This document shows positions 13,656-26,067 of a DNA stretch of 64,000 nucleotides, piece by piece (within the stretch, counting starts at the first letter, position 1; every line of letters begins with the position of its first letter). Location of the stretch: contig OX597819.1 in assembly GCA_951406725.2 (NCBI GenBank), forward strand, positions 81,902,001 through 81,966,000, written 5' to 3'. The notes below the pieces were generated by a model that worked only from the letters and a program-made list of their open reading frames with translations, ran no database searches and was not told the DNA's origin. Source of the stretch: Octopus vulgaris. Taxonomy: Eukaryota. The position numbers and the translations under genes were made by a program.

Positions 13656-16370
13656 TTAGAAATTCAGTGTTCTTCCTTTGCCTTGTAGGTGTGATTTTGA
13701 CTTCTTGTAACGTTGCTGGAACATGAAAAGTGTCATATCCATCGGTATTTCTACTCTTCTTGGTTCCCTTTCTTTGACTCTTTCCTTAAGCTGATTTCTG
13801 TGTCTCTTTTCCATTCCATTTCTTCTTCTTTCACCATACATCATTCTTCCTATGTATGTAACAATTTCTCCTACTTCCCAGTATTGCTTGTCGCTTTTGT
13901 ACATTCGTACATGTACCTTATCACCGATTTTAAAGAAGTTTGGCATGTCTTTACTAGCACGTCCTTTTTTTTTCTTCACTGGTAACAGTTTATCGAATAC
14001 TGGCTTTACCTTTCTGGTAAACATCAATTCTGCTGGGGAACTTCCTTCTGGCGCATTTGGGTTCAGAGTTACCCTGTATACCCTTAAGAACTGTTGGATT
14101 GCGACCTTGTCTGAGGCGTCCTTATTAACTTTCTTTAAAGCTCTCTTAAAAGTGTCCACGAACCTTTCGGCCCTTTCATTCGATCTCAGGTAATACGGTT
14201 CTATAGTTTTATCTCGCAGAATCTTTTAAACTCACAGGATACAAACTCTGTTCCGTTATCAGAGGCAATTATATTCGGTACACCACATCTTGCGAACAGC
14301 TCGTGAAAGAAGTTCATTACCGTATTGGTTGGTCGTTTACACCTCACGACTTCAGGCCATTTTGTGAATCTGTCAACTACTATTAAGTAACAAAATCCAT
14401 TTACCAGGTCTGCAAAATCGATATACAATCAGGACCATGGTATTTTCACTTCCAGCCAAGGTTCACATTTTGTAATAGGTAGTTTCGCTGCCAGTGCACA
14501 TCCTCTGCAGCCTTTACCAGGTTTTCAACTTCGTTGTCCATGCTTGGCCTTTTGACGATCACAGTTTTCTTTTTGTCTTGTTAATAAATTTGTCATTCCT
14601 CGCATTTCCTATTTCTTACAAAGTTGCTGGCAGTTCACGCACGATGTTCCACATTGTTTTGTTTCTGCTTCCGCTCTTAGCGCTGCTATCACGGTCTCCT
14701 CCAGCGGTTCATTATTTCTCGGAATTAACCTAGACAATCGGCATGCCCCGACTGTTTTGAAGGCAGATATTCCATTCTATAATCGTAGTTTAACAGAATG
14801 GTACCCACCGCTGCAGTCTGTTTGCCGTAAATGTCGGGATCCCTTTCTTGGATTCGTATATCGTTATTAGATGTCTATGGTCCGTTTGCAACCAAAAATG
14901 TCTTCCATGAATGAACCGATGAAACTTTTTCGGCCAAATAAAAGAGCCAATACCTCTTTTTCAATCTGGTTATAGCTCTTTCCCGCCGGCAATAATGTCC
15001 TTGATGTGTCAGCTATGGCCTTTCCCCTGCCGTCGTTATCCTTGTGTAGGAGCACCGCTCTTATCTCATACTCGCTAGCATCTGTACCTAGTATTATCTC
15101 TAACCTTCGGTCGAAATGCACAAGATACAAGTCTGAAGTTAACACATCTTTTAACTCGTCAAACGCTTTCTGACATTTCTGTCCAAACCCAAACTTTATG
15201 TATATTTGGGATATAAACTTAGTAATAATTTACCAAGCCTAGGAATGCTTGTAGCATTGTCACGTTCGTCGGAGGCAGCATATTTCGTATTGCCGTCGCT
15301 CTTGATGAGTTCGGTCTGCGTCCACATTTGTCGATTACTTGATCTAGGTATTTTATTTTTCTATCAAAAATTCGCTTTTGTCTTCTGCCAGTTTTAGCCC
15401 GTATTCACTTATTCTCTGAACTACTTTCTTTATGTGTTCATCGTGTTGCACCCAAGACTCGCTCTTTATGAAAATGTCATCGAGATATGTGATGGTGAAG
15501 TCGTAATCACTTAACATCGCACCCGCTGTTTGTTGGAATATGGCGGGTGTCACTTTTACTCCAAACGGTAGTCGTTTGAACTTGTACATTCAACGGTGCG
15601 TGTTGATTGTTAGTAGATATGTGATATCTTCCTCTAACTGAATTTGAAGGTACGCTTCTAAGAGGTCTAACTTCAAGAAAATTTTCCCTCCGTTTATTTT
15701 AACAAGTACTTCTTCTGGGTTTGGTAGTGGGTAATTGTATGTGAGTGAACAGTCATTTAATCCGGTTGAGAAGTCTGCGCACACTCTTAGCTTTTTTTTT
15801 ACGTAAACTGCAGGTGTTGCCCAGTCTGCATGGTCAATCTTTTCAATTATATTCAGGTTTTCCAGCCTTTCAAGTTCTTTATTTACCTGGTCTACCGCCG
15901 CAAACGGCACGTTCCGTTTGGGCCTGAAAACAGCTGTTGAATTTTCTTTGATAGCAATCCTTGCTTTCGTTTTTGTGCAATAGCCTACACCTTCTGAAAA
16001 AACTTTTGGGAAAGTTTCTTTCAATTTTTTACTCTTTTCATCGACCTCGTTCGATCGTTTGACTGATCCGTTAACGTTATTGCACAAAACTCTTATTAAT
16101 TAACAAAACTCCCATTAATTAAATTTTTCCGTAAATTCGGTGACAAATAAATTCATGGATATTTTCAATACATAAACATTCACTTTTTTGGTTCAACCTT
16201 TGAACATTATATTACAAACGCGTTCGCCCGTGAAATATAATTTTCTTCCCGTAAAACATTATGCTATTCTGTTAGGACTACATAATTTTGGTTTACCCAT
16301 TTGTTCCCATGTTTAGTCATTTATGATTGTGATGTCACTTCCCGTGTCTAATTGCATTCTGACACTAGTG
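13656..16370 (-). pseudogene. Gypsy pol (protease, RT, RNase H, integrase), frameshifted
   Basis: Protease MQLDTGSDITII (~16320-16360); RT WATPAVYVKK/LRVCADFS/LPFGVK/YLDD; RNase H TDAS...YNQIEKE; integrase YIDFA..LIVVDRFTKWPEV..SDNGTEF..SPAELMF. Confidence 0.92.
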
Positions 16371-16449
16371 GTTTCAATTCTCACATTCACGAATTTTCTG
16401 TTTGTTTTAGTCACAACCTTTCCTATTGACAAACTATTTATTTTTTCTT

Positions 16450-17360
16450 GTTTGTTCCATTTTCCTATCATTCTAGTTTTGCAGTGCGATTTTATATGTC
16501 CTGTAAACTCCCAGCGAAAACACTTTTTTTATGTGCATCCAATCACTTGCCATACATGGGTCAACATCTCGACATTTTTTTCTGTTTTTCTTGCAACACT
16601 TTATTTGTCTTTCAACTTTTTTTGCAGTTCTCTTATGTGAAAACATTCTTTCCGTTAAAATTCTTCCATATCATGCCGTCATTTTAAGATCATGTCTCAC
16701 TCTTCCGACAGTTTCTGCAATATCAAATCCTGATTCATTTCCAGATTTGCTAAAATTTTCGCTCAGATTTCTTCATCCTTTTTATCTGTTAAACACTTGA
16801 CTGAAAGAATCTGGAGTAAGCATATCCAGCCTAAATCTCTCACATTCTTTGTTGACTCTGCCCGTGTAAGTAGTGAAGTTCTTTTCTATGTTTAAACATT
16901 TCCATCTATTATTAAACAGTGAGCTCTTTTCACTAAACATTTCGCACAAAATGTCAAGTATGTCGGTGAAATTTATGTCGGACCCTTTTTTGGGGCAATA
17001 TGAAGTTAATATATTTCTCATGCTCTGCTGTAGCTAGTTTTCTTAAAACTAGACGCGTTTTCATTTCGTCCGACCGATCCCGACATTCGTTTTCAAAACT
17101 TTATTCAAAACTTCAAAAGTAAGCCTCGACGGTTACTCCTTCTCTGGGGTCATATCTGAATTTGCTTTTTGAATTTGCTACATGGTCAGGCGAAAATATA
17201 TTCTCGGTTTGGTTATCAACTTCATTAGTTGTAATATTTGCTGCTGCAATCCTTGTTGTTGTTCTTGCTGTTCTTTGAGTTGTTGTTGTTCTTGCTGTTC
17301 CTTGAGTTGTTGTTGTTACTGTTTTTGCAACTCAACTACCCCAGCTATAAGTCATCCATA
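16450..17360 (-). pseudogene. Gypsy gag with Gln-rich N-terminus and zinc-knuckle remnant
   Basis: QQQLKEQQEQQQ tract; FRYDPEEGVTVEAYF...KTRLVLRKLATAEH; SLFNNRWKCLN...YTGRVNKECERF. Confidence 0.8.
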
Positions 17361-17500
17361 TTTTACAATTTTTGTTTGTTTGCACAAGATTTTTACTTCT
17401 TTTTTGTTGAGTTATCTAATTTTCCACGTGAATTAGTTTAAACTCTCCGTGTGAATGTTTTTTTTCCACTCTGTGTAAATTTGTTTTTTCTTGTCGCCAC

Positions 17501-17776
17501 TGTTGTAAAGAAGGTTCCTCCCACTGGTGTGACGTTTGAGTGTCGTTGTAATGTAGTTGCTGTTTTACGCTAGTAGCCACAGCAGTTACTAGTCATCTGA
17601 TACCGTTGTATCTCCTCGTACCGAAATAGTAATACGCTAACTTCTGTCTTACTATCGTTGATAACTCCACAATACACAGACTAGAACTGTCGACTCTCAA
17701 CACTTCGACTCTCGGAACAACTCTTGACAATCGGCTATAGGTCAATTTATAATGGCTGTTTCCTACCACTTTTTAC
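17501..17776 (-). repeat. Gypsy 5' LTR, outer ~30 bp lost
   Basis: Homologous to 13261-13526; ends at CTACCACTTTTTAC, followed by (CAAA)/(CATA)n. Confidence 0.9.
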
Positions 17777-17777
17777 A

Positions 17778-17910
17778 GACACAAACAAACAAACGAACGA
17801 ACATACATACATACATACATACATACATACATACATACATACATACATACATACATACATACATACATACATACATACATACATACGTACGTGTGAGTGT
17901 GTATGTATGT
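17778..17910. repeat. (CAAA)/(CATA)n microsatellite
   Basis: Directly visible. Confidence 0.95.
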
Positions 17911-18329
17911 GAGTTATCTGTAGTCATGTCTGTGTTTATGTTACCGGTGCAGATCTGTGTCTAGCGTTGCATTTGTTTGTGTGTAAAACAATTTCATGAT
18001 TAGAGAACAGTAAAATAGATACCAGACTGAAATAGGTGCAGGGTTTGGTATGATCAACTAAGATTGTTTTTCAAAACCATAGTTAAGATAAAAGTTGAAT
18101 AAAAAATCCAAGCTTACAATTATTTATTGGGTATGAATTGATACCAAAAGTTAGTACTGTGGGAACACCTTTTCTTAATTTTGCGGGATGGGAGAACCGC
18201 ATTCCTCAACTGTTTCAATTATACCCAAATATAGAATTGTAATGAGTTTTTTTTTTATTTTCCACCACTTCTATTTTAGTTTTGTGCTCTGACTTTAAAT
18301 CCAGTTAACACAAAACTTCAGTGAGTAAT

Positions 18330-19135
18330 ATTTAAAAAACCGGTTTCACGCCAAAGTACCGAAACGATCAGTGCCGATGTTACAGGGATAATACAAAACT
18401 ATTGAAAAAATTTCCTTGCATTCTGTTTAGCATTGATGAATCAGCTTACGTATAAGACAAGGCACATCTGGCAGTATCTGTTCTTTATGCGTCTACTGAG
18501 TTAAATGTGAAAGGAGATACGCTGCATGTCGTGGAATTAAAAGAAACAACTGGTGGTGTTGACATACAAAATGCTCTTGACAGAGCGTTAACAAATGCAG
18601 ATGTTCCACTGAATAAATTTGTCAGTGTTGCAACAGATAGTGCTCCCGCAATGATCAAGGAAACACACAGGATTAACTGTGTTTATGAAAGTGATTCGAG
18701 CTTTCCAGAGTTTCTCTCTCTTCATTGTATTATTTATTGTGATAACCTTGTAGCGAGATGCTTCAAGTATAACGTTGCAATGAAATCTGTACTTGAAATT
18801 GTGAATTCCATATGTTTAAATAGGGAAATCTACCGACAATTCAGAAATTTTAAGGAATAACTGAGTTTGAAGATAAACCCACTGAAGTGGCTATTAACCA
18901 GAAACGTTTTGAGTAGGTTTGTGGATTTGTTGAAGCCTAGTATTGCTTTTCTAAAAGAAAAAAATATTCTACCCCCAACTGGAAAATGATGAACGGATGC
19001 ATGATCTGTTGTTTATTACTGATGTAATGAATCATCTAAAAACTCTCAACTTGGCACTCCAGAGGAAGGATAAGATTATTTCTGACTTTACTCACACAGT
19101 TTTCTGCTTTCAGAGTAAAATAAATGTCAAAACAT
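18330..19135 (+). mobile_element. hAT (Charlie/GTF2IRD2-like) transposase fragment
   Basis: LALDES motif, LKETTGGVDI, VSVATDSAPAM, LHCII, HLKTLNLALQ; stops and frameshifts; no TIR seen. Confidence 0.85.
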
Positions 19136-19377
19136 ATGTATAAGTTTCTGTAGGCGAATTGGAGAACATCACCCTCTCCGGATTACTTTCACCCTTCCAT
19201 TTTTACATCCACTCTCAACTTGTTTTTTCTCGTGATTTATCTTATTCTATCGTCTTGATCTATAATTTGTATAATTGATGTCCTTAAAGACTAAACATTG
19301 CTTGGAGACACTAGGCGCGTTACTAAAACATGCCCAGAAAACATCGGCAATTTAAGTAACTGTTAGTAGCACATAAC

Positions 19378-19517
19378 AAATTAGAAGCGTGTGTTTAAAG
19401 AGTGACTTTAAAATATTTTTAATCTATACAAATTTTACAGTCATCTTTGTCAGATCAGCTTCATGCGAAGTTGTATGAAAATTGTATGATGGTAGTGACG
19501 GTGGCATAAGAATGTGC

Positions 19518-19548
<31 letters not shown>

Positions 19549-19599
19549 CAAGGATGCATGTATACAAGCTTGAAGGTAATATGTATTTCTCTCTTTCTC

Positions 19600-19667
<68 letters not shown>

Positions 19668-19811
19668 CACACACACATATGCATACGCATATACCTATTC
19701 GCATGTGTCTTTTAATTATTTGAATTCTCTCTAGAAGGAAGAAGCTGGTTTTTACGAAGAAACAAAGAGGCGAAGCACTGTCGTCAAAGTTTGGGTAACA
19801 ATAAAAACAAG
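19378..19811 (+). repeat. ~430-bp direct duplication, copy 2
   Basis: Near-identical to 12424-12849. Confidence 0.95.
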
Positions 19812-20245
19812 GCCCACACAGCCAGAGCGTCAATGGACGTTCTTGGTCCTCTCTTCGGTGACTGCCTCATTTTCAGGTTTGCTGACATTCCTTGGCCTCC
19901 TCGGTCCCCTGATTTGTCTTTGTGTGATTATTTCTTGTGGGGAAATATCAAGGCACGTGTGTATGCACATAAGACCCGTACATTGGACGATTTGAAAGAC
20001 GCTATTCGCGTGGAAGTCACCCAAATCGACAGAGCAATGTTAGAGAGAGTGTAGGCCATCTTCTAAGAACGCCTTCAGAAATGTATCAATGAAAACGGAC
20101 ACTACATGATGAATGTTGTTTTCCACACTTGATTTTGACACATGCTAATTCAGTACAAACACATTGATGTCAATAAAATTTGCATCTAAAATCAATGGTT
20201 TTGTGAATTTTTCAAAAACGTCTGCCCTCTCTGTCCCGCCCAATA
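19812..20245 (+). mobile_element. Tc1/mariner-superfamily transposase 3' fragment with right end
   Basis: AHTARASM...WPPRSPDLSLCDYFLWGNIKARVY...CINENGH; TIR-like end near 20245. Confidence 0.85.
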
Positions 20246-22057
20246 CAACCACGCACATTCTGGAATGTATTCACAACTTTTACTAATGTAAATAAACCTT
20301 CACTTACGGATAATCAGTGAAAGCTACTAAATGATTGTGATATGTCCTTACTTTATCATTCATCTTTGAAATACAATACTATTAACTCATGCGTCTTCCC
20401 TCCACTTCTCATATTCATTATATTTGTCACCGAGACTCCAGATTAAATACTTTTCCTAACCATTTCTCTTCAGAAATTTTCCCTTCCAGAGCTTCTCATC
20501 CATTCACATTCCATCTCCAAAACAAAAAAAAGCGCTTCCTGAAGAAGTACAAACTGGATATTAACCATATTACTTTCAACAACCTTGGGAGGGTTTGGAA
20601 AGGATTTGAGCAGTATTTTCTCTCTATTATAGTAAGTGATGAAAATGTAGAAATTCAGCCTCAACAAGCTAATATATCCTCCATATACTAGAACATCATA
20701 AAAGTTTCAGGTGATCTCCTAACAACACAACAAATCATGGGACACATGGCATACCGAGTACAAATATTGACGAAGCTCAGCTATTTGCTTTCGTATGATT
20801 CTAGAAAACAAAAGTTCCGCTTCATTAGTTCGGTTGAAGTTATTGATGTAATGTTGGAACTTAAAATTAGCGCAAGCAAGTAATCATAAACACGTGATAT
20901 ACACAAGACAGATGCAAATGATAAAACAAAACAAGAACATACACTGTCAAGCTCTCAAATGAAACCAATAAAGCTGGATCAGTGAATATTAGTTGATACT
21001 AAAAACGAATTGGTGGATAAAAGAACAATTCTGAAAGCAATAATTCTGTGAGAAACGAATAAATTCAGCGGAGAGTATCATTTATTTGGTCTCCATTTTG
21101 TTAGAAATCAATATGATTGTTATAATTATTTCTATTTGTCTTTCTTTACTTCTTTTTTTTTTGTAGCTTTTTACTATTTACAAGTAAGATCATAATTAAT
21201 TCGTATAGCAACCAAGCTTATTTCATGATTACAGAAAAATATGGTATTAATGCTAGTGGGTATCTAACAACTAAGTGTAGCCATTCCTTTCTCCTACAGC
21301 TAGTAGAATGCGGTAATTAGTGTGATTTTGTTGTCAATAAAAGAAACAATAATTCAGATATTTATGAAACTATCAAATAACTAATTTGGAGATGCATTCC
21401 TGAATAATTGCTAATTTAGTGTTTAACTATCATTATGAGTCTCCTATCTCTCTATATCTATGCTAGTTGAGTTAATAGCATAGATACACATCACAAAGGA
21501 CAGTCGCTGGGCAGAGGGGTCCCGATAAATAATTATTTGTTGCTGATTGTATTTAACAATTTTCATGATATTAATATAGTTATTGTTGTAGTAGTAGTTG
21601 TTGTTGTTGTTGCTGTTGTTTTTACTGTTGCTGTTGTTGCTGCTGTTTTTTTTTTATATTGCACCACGGAAAAAATGTGAGGCGATAGCCTGATGCTCCA
21701 TTAGACGGGAAAAATTGAGAATTGTCTTATTAATTATGGTAATTAAGAAGTCCTAATTGTGGGAGTAGGATGGATATTCAGAGGGTTCACTGTCAATTGC
21801 TGCTTGTAAGTGAATTGCAAGAATGGATTTCTTCAGTCATAAAACCAAATTTTTTTTTGATAATCGATTTAATCGCTCCCTAGCATATTACAGATACTTA
21901 TTGTTTCCAGCATTGAAGTCAGTTTTCAACAGAGAACTGAATGTGACGAAAATCGGCATCTTATGACACCACACACACATATGCAGAATGTTTCATCTAG
22001 AAAACAGCAAAGCCGTTCCTAGACTCATCAGAGTTTCAGATGTAATAAAGAGATAAT

Positions 22058-22084
22058 TATTTCTTTATTGCCCACAGGGCGCTG
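22058..22084 (-). mobile_element. 27-bp retroposed 3' tail flanked by a 21-bp TSD
   Basis: TSD CAGATGTAATAAAGAGATAAT at 22037-22057 and 22085-22105; insert resembles the SINE tail at 60633-60660. Confidence 0.75.
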
Positions 22085-22401
22085 CAGATGTAATAAAGAG
22101 ATAATATTAAAGCATGCTCACTAGTGAATGTTGCCGGGGTTGTTGCTAACTGCACAAGTCAATTTGTATGTTAATATATGAGATATTCAGGAGAGGTATA
22201 TAGGGTACGATGAAATGAGAAAAGGAGGGTACTAAAAGACACGTGGCTATCGTATACCTGAATACACCGCTTACACATAATTCTCGACGTTACGTTAAAA
22301 ATAACTCTGATCGCTGGATTAAACAACAGTAAAAATTAAAATGACTTTTCTCAAGGTTAAAATGGGACATGGTTTTTTCTGTTATCTACATTCTAACGAT
22401 G

Positions 22402-22452
<51 letters not shown>

Positions 22453-22915
22453 CTCTCTTTCTCTCACACACACATATGCATATGTATTTACACACAATGA
22501 GAGAAATGGCATACAAACACGTATATATAACAGTATGAGGGAACAGGTACACAAAAATCAAGTATGCATCCATATTGACACATAGACGATTATACACTCA
22601 CGGTAATATACACAGACGCGTATGCACACAGTCACTAACATATATACATGTATATTTCTCTCCCCCCCCAATGACCTGCCCTTCTCTACAGGACCAGAAG
22701 TCCCCAACAATTATTGTTACTCTACAATGGCTTCATAATGGCATACTGTTCCCACATCTGGGATGGTGCTGTTGCATCCTTAATCGTTTCCAACTGATTA
22801 GTATAATATTCCTTACCTATACACTGCAGCATCTGATCAACAGGCGTGTTTATCCCCTCTCTATGTCTTTTGTACCGTTACTATAATGAACTTTGCTTTT
22901 CGGAGCTGGTTGGCC

Positions 22916-24030
22916 TTATTACACTTCTACTCACAGCATTCTACACCATATGAGATGTCATCGGGTGTACCACAGGGATCTGTTCTTGGTCCCCTCTTGT
23001 TTGTGGCATACATTAATGACATAGATGCCAATTTAAAGAATGCCACAGTATTGAAATATGCAGGCGACATCAAGCTGTACCTTGAAATCAAGAGGAAAGA
23101 TCCTGATGTCTACAACTCTTTCCTGCAATCAGACCTGGACACAATGCAGCAATGGATCACAGACTGGCAACTGAAACTGGCTGTGGACAAGTGTACCACC
23201 ATGCATTTTGGGAGAAAAAAACCCATGCGTCCACATACTTCCTCCACAACACTGATATCAAGAAATCCTCTTGCGAGCGTGACCTAGGCATCACTGTCAG
23301 CAGTGATTTGCGTTGGACAAAGCATATCTCTAAAATTGTCAAGAAGGACGAGGGTGTCTTGGCATCACTCAGCAAGACTTTTGTTAGCCGCTCTCCAGCC
23401 ATCTATTTAAAACTGTATACAGCTATGGTACGACCACACTTGGAATTCGCATCATCAGTTTGGAATCCCTATCTTGCTCAGAACATTGACCTCCTGGAAT
23501 CTGTCCAGAGACGTGCAACCAAACGCATACCCTCCATCAGACACCTACCATACTCTGAGACCCTTGTTTCCCTGGGCATGGATTCACTGAAGCTCCGGCG
23601 TCTGGCGATGGACTTGGTAAACACCCACAAAGTTATCAACCACCTCACCAACAACAACATTGAACGCCTTTTTGATCTCCATGTGTCCAACACACGTGGA
23701 CATGCCTACAAAGTCAGAAAACAGCACAGCTCCCATGACTTTCGGAAACATTTTTTCACGCTCAGAGTTGCTGAAGCATAGAACAAACTGCCTGCGTCAG
23801 TTGTTGACTGCCATGACACTGCATCCTTTAAGGCCCTCATGCTTTCCGAAATCCGCCGAAACTACACCTGATTGTCCCCCTTCCATACTCATACACATAT
23901 GTGTATGTCATGACTCGTGCACTGTTCTTTTCTTGACGCTTGTACATTACCCTATGTACTATACATACACTTTAGATGAGTTGTAGTGCACCTGAGCACT
24001 GTACACAATGTTTTATTATTATTATTATTA
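22916..24030 (+). mobile_element. CR1/L2-group LINE, 5'-truncated RT C-terminus, 3' UTR and (TTA)n tail
   Basis: SGVPQGSVLGPLLFVAYIND, YAGD (from YADD), ERDLGI, YTAMVRPHLEFASSVWNPY, LESVQRRATK, TRGHAYK, RKHFFTLRV; frameshift at A-run near 23215; (TTA)n at 24013-24030. Confidence 0.93.
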
Positions 24031-24499
24031 CTCAAGTACTCTCGACCTATTTGTCTTTTTTCCTTTCATCACCCGAGTCATGCCCTTAACATTACATCAG
24101 TTCTCTGGAATTCCCCTCCTTGCTCTTAACTTTACCGCTGGTATTGATTTAGAAAGGATCAAGAGGAACATTAATAACATCAATCCCACCAGTTTAGGCG
24201 GAGATGAGGCTGCAAAGGACATGGCCTCTACAACTACCTCCAAAACCGGCAATAAAATTAAACTACTTTTGTATTAGCTATTTCCTTGCTTCGCTTGTAC
24301 CTTAATAAGTACAAAATGACTGACCTACTGATTAAACTTACGCTACCAAGTATAGTTTTATCAATGAGTTTATTACATATCAAGATTGTCTCGAATTATT
24401 GAACTCTGATTGACACTGACTTGAAATGTTTCTTCTCTATATCCCGCCAATCTTAGCAGAAGTATCTGTACTATTATTCTCAAAAACGCCATTCTTTTT

Positions 24500-25750
24500 T
24501 ACTTCGACTGTCGACAAGGACATTCTGTCTGTTTACTAAAGGAAGGATATGCTCTTTACCGATATAAAAGTGGATCCATTTTGATTACTGAGGATATTTT
24601 GAAACAATGGGCATAGCATTTCATAGATGTTTTGATAACCCATGCTCAATACATTAAAATGTTACAGTAGACCTTCCTTAGAACCACATTATTGAAGAAA
24701 TAGGCATGATCTTAAGCATTAAGCACTTCAATTCAGAAAAGGCCAAGGGGTACCTCCTTCTGATGTTATAAACATGGCTGTTTGTGACCATCTTGATAGC
24801 CAATGTGTAGGATATTTATCCAGTTTCACAAGATTTAATAGATACCTTACTGATATTACTGTTTAACGGTAAAAGAAAAAGCGCTATATCAAACTACGAT
24901 GATTTTTATGGTACTTTTCTGCTTCTAAATTTTGGTAAGATATCCACCAGATATCTTGTTGAATCGTTTGCAAATACATACATATATCGTAGATCTGGTA
25001 GAGGCACAGCAAAAAGGATATTTGGTTTTAGACAATAACAGAAAAAGTGTTTGAAGCGAGGTCTCCCTTTATATCCAGTTTTGTTGGTCTTATGAATGTT
25101 TTGACTCAGAGAATAGAAATGGAATATGTAGAATTCTGGGAACGCTGGGGTGTCATTCTATGTTTATCAGCATGTTTGGCCAACTACTGGTATGAAAGCT
25201 TACTTCAGTTCAGATGGTGCTCTGTTAGATAAAACCCCTGAGACAATGGGGCGTAAAGGAGAATGTACTGGAGCCTAATTTTTTTCTCTGTTATACCTTA
25301 TGATAGTAATTACCCAAAAGTTTCATTCAGAATTGTGTAGTATATATCTTTGTCCACTACCGAACAACTAATAAACTGTTCAGTATGAATTGCTCCAAAG
25401 CTAAAACAAAAGCATTCATGACTGCAGTGTGCAAATTGTTGCTCGTTGACGGTCGTGATCTAGTGGCTTACTTAGAAAGATGAATTCTCAGAGTCGTGAG
25501 AGCATCGGACGAAGTGCACTACATTTCTAGTGCTTGTACTGATTTTTGGATTTTCAAAAGTCCGAAATCTGATGCGATATTTACATCTCCCTCAGGTAAG
25601 TAGCATGTAGAACCATATAGAGGGTTATTGTGCACACCTTAACAGGCCTAGCTCTAGGGATGGATACTCGAATTCTGGAAATTAAGTTCTTCACTAAAGC
25701 TTTGCATTTATAATGCTTACATCAGCATATCTTTAAAATAATTGCCCAGG
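24500..25750 (+). mobile_element. Heavily decayed RTE-clade LINE RT region
   Basis: ILKQWA*HF; degenerate GK..A..L.NRL; RQ*QKKC; FV.L...FDS.NR; GVK...VL.P; LL.VDG.DLVA (from FADD). Confidence 0.65.
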
Positions 25751-25877
25751 ATATATGTTGTATTGAAGACACATAAAAATCCTTCAAAGAATTTTCCAGA
25801 AATGATTAAGATGTATATTACATATTTAAATATTAATTGAAAATTATTATCACATTTATATCATTATCATATCCATC

Positions 25878-26067
25878 TATACATGCATGCATACATACAT
25901 ACATACATACATACATACATACATACATACATACATACATACATACATACATACATACATACATACATACATACATACATACATACATGCATGCATGCAT
26001 ACATACATACATACATACATACATACGTACATACATGTATACATGCATGCATGTATACATACGTACA
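25878..26067. repeat. (CATA)n microsatellite at the 5' junction of RLE copy D
   Basis: Directly visible. Confidence 0.95.

Larger units (their letters stand above)
13261..17776 (-). mobile_element. Ty3/Gypsy LTR retrotransposon (Mag/K02A2.6-like), near full length, decayed
   Basis: Two LTRs; PBS TGGCGAC immediately inside the 5' LTR (17493-17499); PPT AGGGGAGA (13558-13565); domain order gag-PR-RT-RH-INT. Confidence 0.95.

Noticed and set aside
17230-17330. Poly-Gln/poly-Cys ORFs suggesting a host gene
   Set aside because: Lies at the start of Gypsy gag between PBS and pol; part of the retroelement
20389-20883. Possible host exon(s)
   Set aside because: No recognisable domain or convincing splice context
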